64,000 bases of DNA from Candidatus Poseidoniales archaeon (GCA_003602575.1 QQRY01000055.1:10395-74394); one strand, 5' to 3'; numbered from the stretch's first letter, positions 1-10,051 are shown. A program made the numbers and translations. Notes: generated by a model from the letters alone, not told the origin.

Positions 1-2937
1 TGTTTGAGTAATCAAATCCATATCAACAGTTTGGGTAGTACCAATAAATTCTGACATCCAGTCATCCTCATCCTCATCATCACCTGAAGATTTCTTAGGT
101 GTTTTCATACTTGTTCTAATTACTAATAGCATCATTACTAATGAAAATAGAACTATGCCTGAAAGTACCCAGACCATTATGTAAGGAGGATCGCTAAACG
201 AAGGATTCACCACTACTGGCTCTGGCTCTGGCTTCAATGACTCAACATAATTACAAACCGTTGTTCCCTCAAGGCTATTTCGACAATTATCTACGACAAA
301 TACCACTTGAGAAAGTACTTGATTGCCAGCAGAATCAATTGCTCTAAAGGTAACTGCGTGTTGCCCTGAAGGGAAATTTCCGGAATTTATTGGAACGTCC
401 ATAACCAGTGACTTATTATCTCCGTCTACATCTTGAATTTCTTCTGGAGTCGTCCAAGGGGAAGTTGAAGAGGAGCCTGAACCATAATTATATGTGAATC
501 TATATTCGAATGAAGATACTTGAACGTCATCGGATACTCCGGCTAATAATTGAATATAGTTACCATAAAGATACTTCGAACCATCACTACCTGCGGCTGG
601 AGAATAAACTTGCAAGGTTGGATTTGTTGCATCTAGACTACGATTATCCCACATAATTTGGTTTATATTTAGACTCTCATCGGTAAGTGTGACATTAAAG
701 TTAATGACTCCAGCAGAGACAGTACTAGAAATATCGAACGTAAGATAATATTGTGGACCTAGCCCCTCAATTGCTAAGTTATCCGCATAAGATAGCATCT
801 GCTTCAAGCCTCCTGTTACGATACCTCCGGTCTCTGTGGTAATTTCCATTTGAGGCATGGTAAATAGGTATTCATCAACTGAAATAATAATCTTATAACT
901 TCCTGAGACCAGTGAAGGGCTAGTATATCGATTGTCATCATCATCATATAGAGTATAGATTGCGGTTGGATTTGTTGTATCTTCCTTTACCTTCAATGCA
1001 TTTCCACCAGATCCTGGGAAAGCTTCCATATTTTGATTTCCGAACACATCCGAAATTGTGACGGCATACCAAACTTCTTGATCGACTTCAGAATCAATAT
1101 TGTATGTTCTAGAGAAACTATGAGAATGCCATGAAGCACCCGTGTCGATTATTTGCCTGTCATGTAATTGCCAACCATTAGCCAACGAAATAATAGATGT
1201 ATCTTCTTCATCTTCTCCAAATGGGTCGCCGAAGTGTTTCCAAACTGTATATTCTTCAAAATCTATTTGACCATTGTTTAACCACTCTAGCATAACTAAA
1301 TTCGATTGTCCATCAACTGTTAAGGAATTAATTATAGGAGATACTGGGGTAACGGTGTTCTCTTCAATTGCACCAGCCCAGTTTTGAACTAAACTTGTAT
1401 AGTGATAAGTTCCGTTCACATGCTGATAGAGCGCTTCTGAAGTTACGAAATAGAATGATAATCTATCGACTTCTGCAGGAACTGGTATATTCGCTATTTG
1501 TATTCCATCAGGCACACTAGCCATCCAGAACACTGTTTGGTTAGGGACGAACTGGCTGCCGCTAACCAAGTAATCGGAACGCCAAATATGGTAAACTTCT
1601 CCCTCTGCACCCAATTGATCTTTCCATTGCACCACTGTTGTTGCATTTCCTATGAATTCAGCTGTTACTTGAGTAGGTTCTGCAGTCCAATTATAGAATG
1701 CATCTTCGTAAACAGTAGAACAAGATGATTGTGGGATATAAGTATCAAAGACGCCATTTGCATCGATTACTACTACACAGTAAGTTGAATGTCCAAGCCT
1801 TCCAATAGGTAATTGATGCTCATATGATTCTTGTCCTTCAGGCACTATTGAGACAATGGTTGGGCCAAAGGAAGTAGTGTTATTAAACATCGATCCAGAT
1901 GAATAAATCGCATATGACTCTCCTGCTTCTGCCTCAATTTCAACCCATGAAATAATAGTTTTACCCCCGCCAGTAGTTGGGTTTGGTATGAATGATGTTG
2001 TGACCGAGTTCACCTTTTGCGGAGGTAAATTATCTTCTGTAACCGGTGATGTTAATGCATTGTTTGACAAGAATCTAATATCTTCATAATCTTGGTTCCC
2101 AGCAGTCCAATTTGGAAGGTAATATGTGATTGAGTAATAGTAATCTGAATCTGTTTGTTCAGGTACATCTACCACATATGTTGAAATTCCTGCACTTATA
2201 TTTGCTATAGGAGTAGTTGCACTTAGAAGAGAAAAGGAAGTTTGACGAGTTACTGGTTCTGTCGTTTTCCAAACTCTTGTAGAATAAGCGTCCGGGCCGG
2301 TTTCAGGAAGTATTGGGAAAATATCATTGTAATTAACCCAATCAAGAGTTGTAGTACTGGAAGATGCATCAAAGCTTGCTTGTAAGTTATATGGCGTCCT
2401 AATTGGAGTTGTTACTTCTTGAACTCCATGATAAAGACTAGATTCATTAAAAATTAATTCTGAAAAAGTATTGGTCGTCGAGATAGTTGTTGTAATCCCA
2501 TAATAGAAAATGTCATCGGTTCCTGGTGAAACCAGATAAGAGAAACTGTGCCCTGGGTGAGAACCGTTAAACGCCATACAATCATATCTACTGGTTGAGC
2601 CGCCTATTTGACTGGAGTTACAAGCATCTACTTGGTGTATCAATTGTGCCTTATTCACATTATCTCGAGTGATATTTTCAGTGTGCCTGTATAGATTGTA
2701 AACGGCATCAAATATATTGTTTAATTCTGCGCCAGGAGAATCTATATTTCGCCAAGTAATGGTAGTCAGTTCTGTACTTGTATCAAATGAAGCGGAAATA
2801 TCTTGTGCTTGAAGACTCATCGGATCGCCAAAATCTTCGGCCGAGGCTGACATGATTGGAATTACAGAAAATGCCATCAGTACGACTAATAATGTAGCGA
2901 TAAGTTTCCCATCTTTACCGTGCGAACTACCCGTCAT
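1..2937 (-). CDS. Large secreted surface protein whose 3' end runs off the window (>=979 aa). It has a signal peptide, a long ectodomain, a C-terminal TM helix and an acidic cytoplasmic tail.
   Basis: It is absent from the ORF track because no stop codon lies in the window. Hand translation from the ATG at 2937 gives MTGSSHGKDGKLIATLLVVLMAFSVIPIMSASAEDFGDP..., which looks like a signal peptide. The same frame at nt 192-1 reads DPPYIMVWVLSGIVLFSLVMMLLVIRTSMKTPKKSSGDDEDEDDWMSEF..., a TM helix followed by a charged tail. Only one short 76-aa competing ORF exists in these 2.9 kb. Confidence 0.7.
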   Translation of the reverse strand, partial: MTGSSHGKDGKLIATLLVVLMAFSVIPIMSASAEDFGDPMSLQAQDISASFDTSTELTTITWRNIDSPGAELNNIFDAVYNLYRHTENITRDNVNKAQLIHQVDACNSSQIGGSTSRYDCMAFNGSHPGHSFSYLVSPGTDDIFYYGITTTISTTNTFSELIFNESSLYHGVQEVTTPIRTPYNLQASFDASSSTTTLDWVNYNDIFPILPETGPDAYSTRVWKTTEPVTRQTSFSLLSATTPIANISAGISTYVVDVPEQTDSDYYYSITYYLPNWTAGNQDYEDIRFLSNNALTSPVTEDNLPPQKVNSVTTSFIPNPTTGGGKTIISWVEIEAEAGESYAIYSSGSMFNNTTSFGPTIVSIVPEGQESYEHQLPIGRLGHSTYCVVVIDANGVFDTYIPQSSCSTVYEDAFYNWTAEPTQVTAEFIGNATTVVQWKDQLGAEGEVYHIWRSDYLVSGSQFVPNQTVFWMASVPDGIQIANIPVPAEVDRLSFYFVTSEALYQHVNGTYHYTSLVQNWAGAIEENTVTPVSPIINSLTVDGQSNLVMLEWLNNGQIDFEEYTVWKHFGDPFGEDEEDTSIISLANGWQLHDRQIIDTGASWHSHSFSRTYNIDSEVDQEVWYAVTISDVFGNQNMEAFPGSGGNALKVKEDTTNPTAIYTLYDDDDNRYTSPSLVSGSYKIIISVDEYLFTMPQMEITTETGGIVTGGLKQMLSYADNLAIEGLGPQYYLTFDISSTVSAGVINFNVTLTDESLNINQIMWDNRSLDATNPTLQVYSPAAGSDGSKYLYGNYIQLLAGVSDDVQVSSFEYRFTYNYGSGSSSTSPWTTPEEIQDVDGDNKSLVMDVPINSGNFPSGQHAVTFRAIDSAGNQVLSQVVFVVDNCRNSLEGTTVCNYVESLKPEPEPVVVNPSFSDPPYIMVWVLSGIVLFSLVMMLLVIRTSMKTPKKSSGDDEDEDDWMSEFIGTTQTVDMDLITQT

Positions 2938-3031
2938 CAATCCTTTCTAGCATGCAACTGTTATGAGTATACCGCTTTGAGACAAGATAAATGAGGGGTT
3001 TTTTGAGACTTTTGAACACACCGCGCTCGAT

Positions 3032-3733
3032 TTATTCATCCTGTGAATTATTCTGCTGTAATGGATTCTCTCTGTCTATTTGTTGAATTTTCTCTCTAGC
3101 TTGTATGAATCGAATTAAGAATGTCCATAACCCTCCAAGCGCTGAAATAAATACTACTAAACTTAGTGGATTTATCGAAATGTGTTCGAATGGGCCTGGG
3201 AAGGTGCCCCAACTGCTTTTATCCATGTACACCATAACCCCCATTGCAAAAATTGCCACGATACTCAGAATTGTTCTATCGGCGCGTGAAAATCCACGAT
3301 AATTTCTCGTACCTGCTACTGCCTGTGCTTGAGTGCCCATGTAAGAGCCAAGAAGGGTCAGCCAAGCTGCTGAAAGACCCAGTATCAAGTCATCTACAAA
3401 TACCGAGCCAGCGATACAAATTATCCATGTAGCATCCAATAATCTATCAAAGGTATGATCAAGATAATCACCCCATCTAGTAACCCTGCCTGTCGCCCTA
3501 GCAACAGGCCCATCTAAACCATCAAGAATCATCGCTATGGTGATTAGTAAACCGCCCCCAAATAACATTGATGCCCCCAGTGAGTCTTCTGATGCTGTAA
3601 AAATCGCAAGACCGCCAAGTATTCCTATTGGTAATGCAACCCATGTGATTGTTGCAGGAGAGAATTTAGATAGTGATTTCACGATTGGAACGAGTGCTTG
3701 CTCCCAATAATTTCTCAATTTTTCTAGAGCCAT
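3032..3733 (-). CDS. CDP-alcohol phosphatidyltransferase (archaetidylserine or archaetidylinositol-phosphate synthase-like)
   Basis: The complete family motif DG-x2-AR-x8-G-x3-D-x3-D is present as DGPVARATGRVTRWGDYLDHTFDRLLD. The protein is multi-TM, starts at ATG and has a GAGGA Shine-Dalgarno upstream. Confidence 0.85.
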   Translation of the reverse strand: MALEKLRNYWEQALVPIVKSLSKFSPATITWVALPIGILGGLAIFTASEDSLGASMLFGGGLLITIAMILDGLDGPVARATGRVTRWGDYLDHTFDRLLDATWIICIAGSVFVDDLILGLSAAWLTLLGSYMGTQAQAVAGTRNYRGFSRADRTILSIVAIFAMGVMVYMDKSSWGTFPGPFEHISINPLSLVVFISALGGLWTFLIRFIQAREKIQQIDRENPLQQNNSQDE

Positions 3734-3790
3734 TTGACTTCCTCGACTTCACGCAAATGAATTAGGGGGTTGATTGTTGCGGTTGAATTT

Positions 3791-4333
3791 TCAACAATCC
3801 ATCCAATCTATTGCCCCTTGGGACTCTTCGGCCATCGAAGAATATGGAAGGCCTTCTGAAATCCATTTGTTTACTATTTGGAACAACTCTTCAGGACTTT
3901 GCGAAGTTGAATCTAATTCGATAATTGGCAACTCTATTTCAAATTCAAGTAATTCTGACCAATTTCCTGCTATCAATTCCCACTCGCTATTAGACTTGAT
4001 TTTTAGATTGGAATATCCTCTCGTATTCAACCTTGTTTCGATTTCTTTTGGGTTACATCTTAGAAGAACTATAGCATCTAAATCAAGAAAATGGGAAAGG
4101 TGGCCCTCGACAATAACTAAACCAGAATCCTCGTTTTGCCATTCCTCGGATAGTTTGTGAATATCTATTTCTTGCGCTCCGTCTAATTGATCTACTGAAC
4201 CTATACATTCATGTTTTTCAGCCAACTCTTTAACAGAGTAAACTAGAACGTTATTACTCTCGAACAGTTTAGATAGCGATGTTTTTCCACACCCAGGGGT
4301 CCCTGAAATCGCAATACACAAGTCTTCCTGCAT
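3791..4333 (-). CDS. Fap7/AK6-like adenylate kinase / NTPase
   Basis: N-terminal P-loop ISGTPGCGKTS. Length is 180 aa, and VIVEGHLSHFL resembles the Fap7 family core. Confidence 0.7.
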   Translation of the reverse strand: MQEDLCIAISGTPGCGKTSLSKLFESNNVLVYSVKELAEKHECIGSVDQLDGAQEIDIHKLSEEWQNEDSGLVIVEGHLSHFLDLDAIVLLRCNPKEIETRLNTRGYSNLKIKSNSEWELIAGNWSELLEFEIELPIIELDSTSQSPEELFQIVNKWISEGLPYSSMAEESQGAIDWMDC

Positions 4334-4388
4334 ATCAGTGCCTCAAAGTCATTGATTAAACAATATCGCTTCAAGAAATCTGATTTCA

Positions 4389-5192
4389 ATGAATACTCTA
4401 AGAATAGAAGGCATCAAAGGTAATGTCGTTTTGCATCGTTTGTTCATTATGTTTGGAATGAGTGACCCCAACCAAACACTACTCCAACTAGAGAGTTATA
4501 TCAAAGATGGGCGTTTAGAAATGTCCGAAGTAATGGCGACCCAATTTACCGATATGTTTCTTTCAACAAAAAAAAGAGAATTGAATTCTCAGGTAATGTT
4601 GGTCAAGGGCCTTAGGATACTATGTGATGTACTCTTACTGAGGAAAAAGGCCGTAAAGGCAATTGCTTCTGCTAAAACACTTCTTCGTGAACGTAAAAAA
4701 TTGACATCTATGATAAAGTCAAATGACTCGATGACATTAGAAATGATGAGGCCGATATTTGAAGATTATAGGAGGTGTGCAAATGTCTTTGCGTCTGCAA
4801 ATAAAAACCGTATTGCGAAGAAATATTACTTGAAGTGTGAACGTAATTCACCTGGAAATGTCGCTGTGGCACTCGAAGCATTTAATCACTACAATGATGA
4901 TAAAAAGATTCTCAAAAGACTACTAAACTGTACTAATTTAGCAGGACCGGTGATCAGAAGTAACGGAAAGTATGTGATTCAACCGGTCAATCTACCCCCT
5001 GCTGATGCACATGATATTAGTCAAGCTCTAATTCACATAGCAGAGAATGGTTATCCTGAAGCAAAACAACAATCTGATAGAATCATTCAAGAAATCGGTG
5101 CAATAGAACGTGGAGAGGCTGCAAGTAACGCAAGATTACAAACGGCACTTGACTCACTAAAGCCCAAATACGACTACCACGAGTATGTTTAA
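4389..5192 (+). CDS. Hypothetical protein (267 aa, basic, helical)
   Basis: Long ATG-initiated ORF with no competing frame. I recognise no motif. The start is uncertain, with an internal Met at 4449. Confidence 0.5.
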   Translation: MNTLRIEGIKGNVVLHRLFIMFGMSDPNQTLLQLESYIKDGRLEMSEVMATQFTDMFLSTKKRELNSQVMLVKGLRILCDVLLLRKKAVKAIASAKTLLRERKKLTSMIKSNDSMTLEMMRPIFEDYRRCANVFASANKNRIAKKYYLKCERNSPGNVAVALEAFNHYNDDKKILKRLLNCTNLAGPVIRSNGKYVIQPVNLPPADAHDISQALIHIAENGYPEAKQQSDRIIQEIGAIERGEAASNARLQTALDSLKPKYDYHEYV

Positions 5193-5194
5193 AT

Positions 5195-5272
5195 TGGTAA
5201 CGAGGGATGGATTTGAACCATCGATCTCCGGGTTATGAGCCCGACGGGATATCCAGACTACCCCACCTCGTT
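5195..5272 (-). tRNA. tRNA-Met (anticodon CAT), initiator type, CCA encoded
   Basis: The reverse complement folds by hand into a cloverleaf. Acceptor stem is AACGAGG/CCTCGTT, followed by A73 and CCA. The anticodon stem-loop is TCGGG-CTCATAA-CCCGG, and the T arm is GATGG-TTCAAAT-CCATC. A1:U72 and three consecutive G:C pairs closing the anticodon stem are archaeal initiator hallmarks. Confidence 0.9.
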
Positions 5273-5409
5273 ATCTCAACGGCTGACCTCCCCCATTTTC
5301 AATGCACCGATTGTTTTGCCTCCCGACTATCTGTGAAAATCACATAAATTAGTACAAAATTAGGTAAAAATGGAATTTACTTATCAACAAGCGCCTTCTA
5401 CATCAGCAC

Positions 5410-6228
5410 ATGCGACAACATTTCCTCAGTTCGATGATGTTCTTCGTGATTTTCTCTGCCAGTCTATCTGGGTGTATTGGAGATGATGATGACTCCGATG
5501 AGAAAAAAGAAATCGATTTGATTGTCTACTATGACACAACATTTGGAACTATTCAAGAAAATATTCAAAATGGGAATCAGGTGTCCTTTACTGGTGTCGA
5601 GTTAACCTTCAACTATGCATTTACGAAATCTGATACTGGGGAGATTACAACGTTCTATTTTGAATCTGGAGATGGAAGTACAAGAACTGAAGTTGACGCA
5701 AATGAAACTGGGGAAATAACCTATAATTATGTCACTCATGGATTATTCTCAGCAACTTTAGGTGCTCTAGATGATGCGGGTAATGATGAAATGATGACAA
5801 TAACAATCAGAATTGATAAATCAATACAGTGGGGGCAAAGTCAGACAACTAATCCCAATACAATGAATATCGATACAACTCCTGATTGTGAATGTAATTC
5901 TCCAAGTCAAATTGAAATCAACTCAAATGTTACAAATCCTGAGAACCCCAGTATAGGAGGCGTAAATACAGGTGAACCAGTTACAGTTACATGGTATCTT
6001 AACGGTAGCGAAGTAAATAGACAGTCTAATCCAGAAAACCTTGGAGATGGACAAACTGCTCCTTGGAATCATAACGAAGTAGGGCCGATGCCAGAGGCAT
6101 GGACTTTAGAGGTCGGACTAAACCATGACCAAGAACAAGTTAATATTGAACATAATGTTTTGATCAAATATAGTTCAGATCAAAGTTCTCCTAACCCAAT
6201 GCCTACTACTCAAACCCCTGAAGAATAG
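5410..6228 (+). CDS. Secreted lipoprotein-like protein with a PKD-like domain
   Basis: The N-terminus FFVIFSASLSGCIGDDDD is a signal peptide with a lipobox-like Cys. FYFESGDGSTRTE...ITYNYVTHGLFSATLGALDDAGN resembles the PKD domain signature. Confidence 0.6.
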   Translation: MRQHFLSSMMFFVIFSASLSGCIGDDDDSDEKKEIDLIVYYDTTFGTIQENIQNGNQVSFTGVELTFNYAFTKSDTGEITTFYFESGDGSTRTEVDANETGEITYNYVTHGLFSATLGALDDAGNDEMMTITIRIDKSIQWGQSQTTNPNTMNIDTTPDCECNSPSQIEINSNVTNPENPSIGGVNTGEPVTVTWYLNGSEVNRQSNPENLGDGQTAPWNHNEVGPMPEAWTLEVGLNHDQEQVNIEHNVLIKYSSDQSSPNPMPTTQTPEE

Positions 6229-6392
6229 GCTTCAGTTTTAGTTTGGGTAAATCTAAACTTGAAGTGAAAAATAGCACCTAGTATGTCGATTAACAATGTT
6301 TTTCCTGAATAAAAATGGCCTTTATTAACAAAAGGTCTGCTTGTTTTATTGATATACTCTAGCCCTACCAGCATAGTTTGAAGTGATGCAAG

Positions 6393-7430
6393 ATGGCAGG
6401 AAAAACAAAGAAAAAAGTAAAGATTGAAGTTGAAAAGAATCAAGACCCTCAGGAGGAAGCGGTAGTAATGATGCCACAAGAAGAAGAGGGCCCGGAAGTC
6501 GGAATCGAGGATTTACCAGGTGTAGGGCCAGCGACTGCAGAAAAGTTGCGTGAAGCTGGTTTTGATGAACTTTTAGCGTTAGCAGTTATGTCTCCAGCAG
6601 ACCTAGCAGATCAAGCAGAAATTGGAGAAGCAGTAGCTAGTAAAATTATTGCAGCATCCAAGAAAATGGCAAATATTGGTGGCTTCGTATCCGGTGGGGC
6701 ACTACTGGAGAGAAGAAGAGAAGTTCAGAAGTTATCTTCTAAAGTTCAATCAATAGATGACTTACTAGGTGGAGGGTTTGAAACTCAAGCATTAGTCGAA
6801 GTTTACGGGGCTTTTGGAAGTGGAAAAACCCAGATTGGCCACCAACTAGCTGTCAATTGTACCTTGCCTGTCGAGTCCGGAGGACTAGATGGAGATGTAT
6901 TCTACATCGATACTGAAGACACTTTTAGGCCAGAAAGAATTACTCAAATGGCTCGAGGGTTGGACTTAGATCCAGACCAAGTCTTGTCAAGAATTCACGT
7001 GGCTAGAGCATATAATTCAGCCCACCAAATGTTATTGGTTGATGAAATTAAGAGAATGAGTAAAGGCTTAGATGTGAAAATGATAATTGTAGATTCATTG
7101 ACAAGTCATTTCCGTGCAGAATTTATTGGCCGAGGCATGTTAGCAAATAGGCAACAGAAGTTGAACAAGCATCTCAAAGAATTAAAGCAACTTGCTGATA
7201 TAAACAATGCTTTAGTTCTTGTAACAAACCAGGTTCATTCCAAACCAGATGCAATGTGGGGAGATCCTACAAAACCTATCGGAGGGCACGTTTTAGCTCA
7301 CGCCAGTACTTTCAGATTATACCTTCGTAAAGCAAAAGCTGGTCGAAGAATCGCACGATTGGTTGACTCTCCAAACCTTCCTGATGGTGAATGTGTATAC
7401 AATGTCACCCAAGAAGGGCTTAGAGATTGA
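6393..7430 (+). CDS. radA: DNA repair and recombination protein RadA
   Basis: HhH region [17 protein letters not shown], Walker [10 protein letters not shown], and Walker B-like [12 protein letters not shown]. Length is typical, and a Lys-rich N-terminal extension precedes an alternative Met at 6468. Confidence 0.95.
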   Translation: MAGKTKKKVKIEVEKNQDPQEEAVVMMPQEEEGPEVGIEDLPGVGPATAEKLREAGFDELLALAVMSPADLADQAEIGEAVASKIIAASKKMANIGGFVSGGALLERRREVQKLSSKVQSIDDLLGGGFETQALVEVYGAFGSGKTQIGHQLAVNCTLPVESGGLDGDVFYIDTEDTFRPERITQMARGLDLDPDQVLSRIHVARAYNSAHQMLLVDEIKRMSKGLDVKMIIVDSLTSHFRAEFIGRGMLANRQQKLNKHLKELKQLADINNALVLVTNQVHSKPDAMWGDPTKPIGGHVLAHASTFRLYLRKAKAGRRIARLVDSPNLPDGECVYNVTQEGLRD

Positions 7431-7520
7431 TTGTGGAAAATAACGATTAGTTGTCAAACACGCCTCTAAGGGGTAAAATCAGTCGGTATATTCAAAGACA
7501 CTTGATGTAGGATAACCTGT

Positions 7521-8651
7521 ATGCGTCATCTAATCGAACGTGTTCTTGAACTAAGTGATGAGGAACAAGCTAAAATTTCTCCAAATGAATTACCTCCGGG
7601 TCAAGGAAGTGAAGAAGAGTTACGTGCTCTATTAGAATCATTACAACCTCGAATTAGAGTATATGGTGCCGGTGGTGCTGGATGTAATGCCATTAACAGA
7701 CTTCATGAAGAAGGTCTTTTCGAGAATAGTTATGTTACTGGATACGCAATCAATACCGATGCTCAAGCATTACTAATGTCTCCTATCGAAGAGAAAGTCT
7801 TGATTGGCCGAACTGCGAGAGGCCGGGGGGCTGGTGGCGATCCAACTAAGGGTGAAGCTGCTGCTTTAGAATCTGAAATGGTGCTGCGAAGGATTACCAA
7901 TGATACTCAATTGGCAATAATTACTGCAGGAATGGGCGGTGGTTCAGGAACTGGTGCCGCTGGACATATTGCACGACTAGCAAAGCAACAAGGCGCTATG
8001 ACAATCGCTGTAGTAACTTACCCGTTCAAATCTGAAGGTTCATTAAGGAAACAGAATGCTGAATGGGGGTTAGAGAGGCTGCGAGAGCATTGTGATACAA
8101 TTTTAGTCATTCCTAACGAAAGGCTATTAGAAATTGAAGGTGTCAAGGATTTACCGATTGCTAGCGCATTCCGTGTCGGTGATGAACTACTTGTGCGTTC
8201 AATAACTGGTGTGACTGAATTATTAACAACAGATGGAATGGTAAACCTTGACTTTGAAGATTTGAAAGCCGTAATAAAATCCGGAAGTGGGGTTGCTATG
8301 ATTGGACTTGGCGCTTCGAAGAGTGCAAATCGCGCTGAAGAGGCTACCCTGGAAGCTTTACATTCTCCATTACTAGAATTGGATACAACCGATGCTAGGG
8401 GTGCTCTGATTAATGTCGTAGGTGGCTCTTCTTTGACATTGGGCGAGGCTGAGAAATGTGCTCAAATTATCCAAGAGCAAGTGTCCCCTCATGCTAAGAT
8501 AATTTGGGGCGCTGCTGTTGATGAATCATTGGGCGATGAGATACGTGTCATGTTAGTTCTAACAGGAGTTAAAAGTGAACAAATACATGGCTCAAGTGAG
8601 AATCGTCAACTGCGCGCTCTTAGAAACAAAAGTATTGAATTTGTAAATTAA
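7521..8651 (+). CDS. ftsZ: Cell division protein FtsZ
   Basis: GAGGAGCNAINRL and the tubulin signature GMGGGSGTGAAGHIA are present, with a T7-loop region NLDFEDLKAV. Confidence 0.95.
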   Translation: MRHLIERVLELSDEEQAKISPNELPPGQGSEEELRALLESLQPRIRVYGAGGAGCNAINRLHEEGLFENSYVTGYAINTDAQALLMSPIEEKVLIGRTARGRGAGGDPTKGEAAALESEMVLRRITNDTQLAIITAGMGGGSGTGAAGHIARLAKQQGAMTIAVVTYPFKSEGSLRKQNAEWGLERLREHCDTILVIPNERLLEIEGVKDLPIASAFRVGDELLVRSITGVTELLTTDGMVNLDFEDLKAVIKSGSGVAMIGLGASKSANRAEEATLEALHSPLLELDTTDARGALINVVGGSSLTLGEAEKCAQIIQEQVSPHAKIIWGAAVDESLGDEIRVMLVLTGVKSEQIHGSSENRQLRALRNKSIEFVN

Positions 8652-8653
8652 GG

Positions 8654-9289
8654 CTACTTTATCGCCCTGTATGCCAAAATTATGATTACCAAGCTCACAG
8701 ATGCTAAAATCACTTTTTCATATAGTTCAAACTCATAGAGATTGTTTTGATTTTTCAACTCATCATTATTTTCTACTCCTGGTAGTTTGAAAATTAATGA
8801 GTTCCATTCATCGCCATAAGGATTGTCATTTCCATTTACTGCATTCCCAAAAATTTTGAATTCAACGTAACTTGTATTGTCCATTGGAGAAGTCCAAGTA
8901 AAATTCCATTCTCGGAATTTATTTCCTTCTTCACTATGTGTCCAACCGCCACCTAATAATTGACCCCTTGATGTATTTTCGAGAGTTATTTCTCCATGTG
9001 AAACAAGCATTCTGAACCCTCCAAATGCTGAACTATTTGTTTGATTTTCAATGGCCCCATTGACCTTTAATGTGAGATTATAGGATGTGTTAGACTCATA
9101 CTTTGTCGGCAGACCTTCAACAATTAACTCAGTGGTCTCACGAATTACCCCATGGCATACGCAACCATCATTTGCTACTTCTCCAACTCCATTAGGATAA
9201 CTCTGACTAGCTGGGATTACCAAAACTATTGTTAAAATTATCACCAAATGCAAAAAGCGCTGTGGTGGAAATCGCATCCTACTCATCAT
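8654..9289 (-). CDS. Secreted, C-terminally TM-anchored protein with a Reeler-like (reelin N-terminal-like) domain
   Basis: The ORF-track start at 9325 is GTG. The ATG at 9289 begins MMSRMRFPPQRFLHLVIILTIVLVIPASQS, a signal peptide. The pattern YPNG...C.CHG...GGFRMLV...THSEEGNKF..WNFTWTSP...VEFKIFGNAV resembles Reeler-domain consensus blocks. The C-terminal TM helix is VILASVSLVIIILAY. Confidence 0.5.
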   Translation of the reverse strand: MMSRMRFPPQRFLHLVIILTIVLVIPASQSYPNGVGEVANDGCVCHGVIRETTELIVEGLPTKYESNTSYNLTLKVNGAIENQTNSSAFGGFRMLVSHGEITLENTSRGQLLGGGWTHSEEGNKFREWNFTWTSPMDNTSYVEFKIFGNAVNGNDNPYGDEWNSLIFKLPGVENNDELKNQNNLYEFELYEKVILASVSLVIIILAYRAIK

Positions 9290-9421
9290 TCGCACTATAG
9301 GGTTCTCTTTGAGGGTTGCCCACACATAAGTTATTCAAAATGTCATGATGCATTCAGCGTAAGATTAGAACATGCATTAAAGTATAATGAAGCGCGACTG
9401 TATCTCTAAGGTTGGGAAAAT

Positions 9422-10051
9422 ATGGACTTATTTAGTGCTCCAGAAGTAATCGAAAATGATGATGAAGATATAGATATGTTTGCAGAATTAGGCGTTGTCA
9501 ACCATCAACCAAATCACGGTGTTGCGAGCCAATCTTCTCAAGTTGATACAACTCATGCCGATCTTTTAGCAGCGTTTATGGAAGACGATGAAGAGATTGT
9601 AGAATCAGATAATCAAGATGATTTTGTATTCATTTCTGAGGACGCCCGAGATGTCAAAGAAGAAATCATACAAACTAAACCTTCAATTTCAGAGGAAACA
9701 ATCGCTGAATTACTAGAAGTTCTAGTTAAGAAAGAGTTGAAAGAAAGAGAAAATCGAGGCGAAGAATGGCTATCTGACCTACCTGCAGATGCTCGTGCTG
9801 ACATTCATTCAGCCAAGGTCATCAAGGACCAAGACGCATACCAACTCTCTCTAATCATCGACATGGGTGGTTCGGGGGCAGTAAGGCCCTTTGCAACAGT
9901 TAAGTCTACTCAAGACGGCGTGAAGTCAAATAATGCTCCTTCAACAATTCCAGCGATATGGATACCATTGTATAACGTACTCAGAGATCTGCTAGTACAA
10001 GCTATGAATGCATTAAACTCAACTAGAGTTGGTGTGAATCTCAACGCTTGA
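9422..10051 (+). CDS. Hypothetical acidic protein (209 aa)
   Basis: ATG-initiated ORF with a very acidic N-terminal half. I recognise no motif. Confidence 0.45.
   Translation: MDLFSAPEVIENDDEDIDMFAELGVVNHQPNHGVASQSSQVDTTHADLLAAFMEDDEEIVESDNQDDFVFISEDARDVKEEIIQTKPSISEETIAELLEVLVKKELKERENRGEEWLSDLPADARADIHSAKVIKDQDAYQLSLIIDMGGSGAVRPFATVKSTQDGVKSNNAPSTIPAIWIPLYNVLRDLLVQAMNALNSTRVGVNLNA

Noticed and set aside
3774-4160. 128-aa plus-strand ORF antisense to the Fap7-like gene
   Set aside because: It is a Ser/Ile/Asn-rich shadow frame opposite an ORF that has a clear P-loop.
4389-6228. Integrated mobile element or genomic island at the tRNA-Met gene
   Set aside because: There is no integrase, no duplicated tRNA 3' segment, and no evident compositional shift or phage-like gene in the flanks.
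8654-9289. Possible c-type cytochrome, based on the CVCHG motif
   Set aside because: The motif is C-x-C-H, not the C-x-x-C-H needed for covalent heme attachment. The rest of the protein looks like a beta-sandwich ectodomain.
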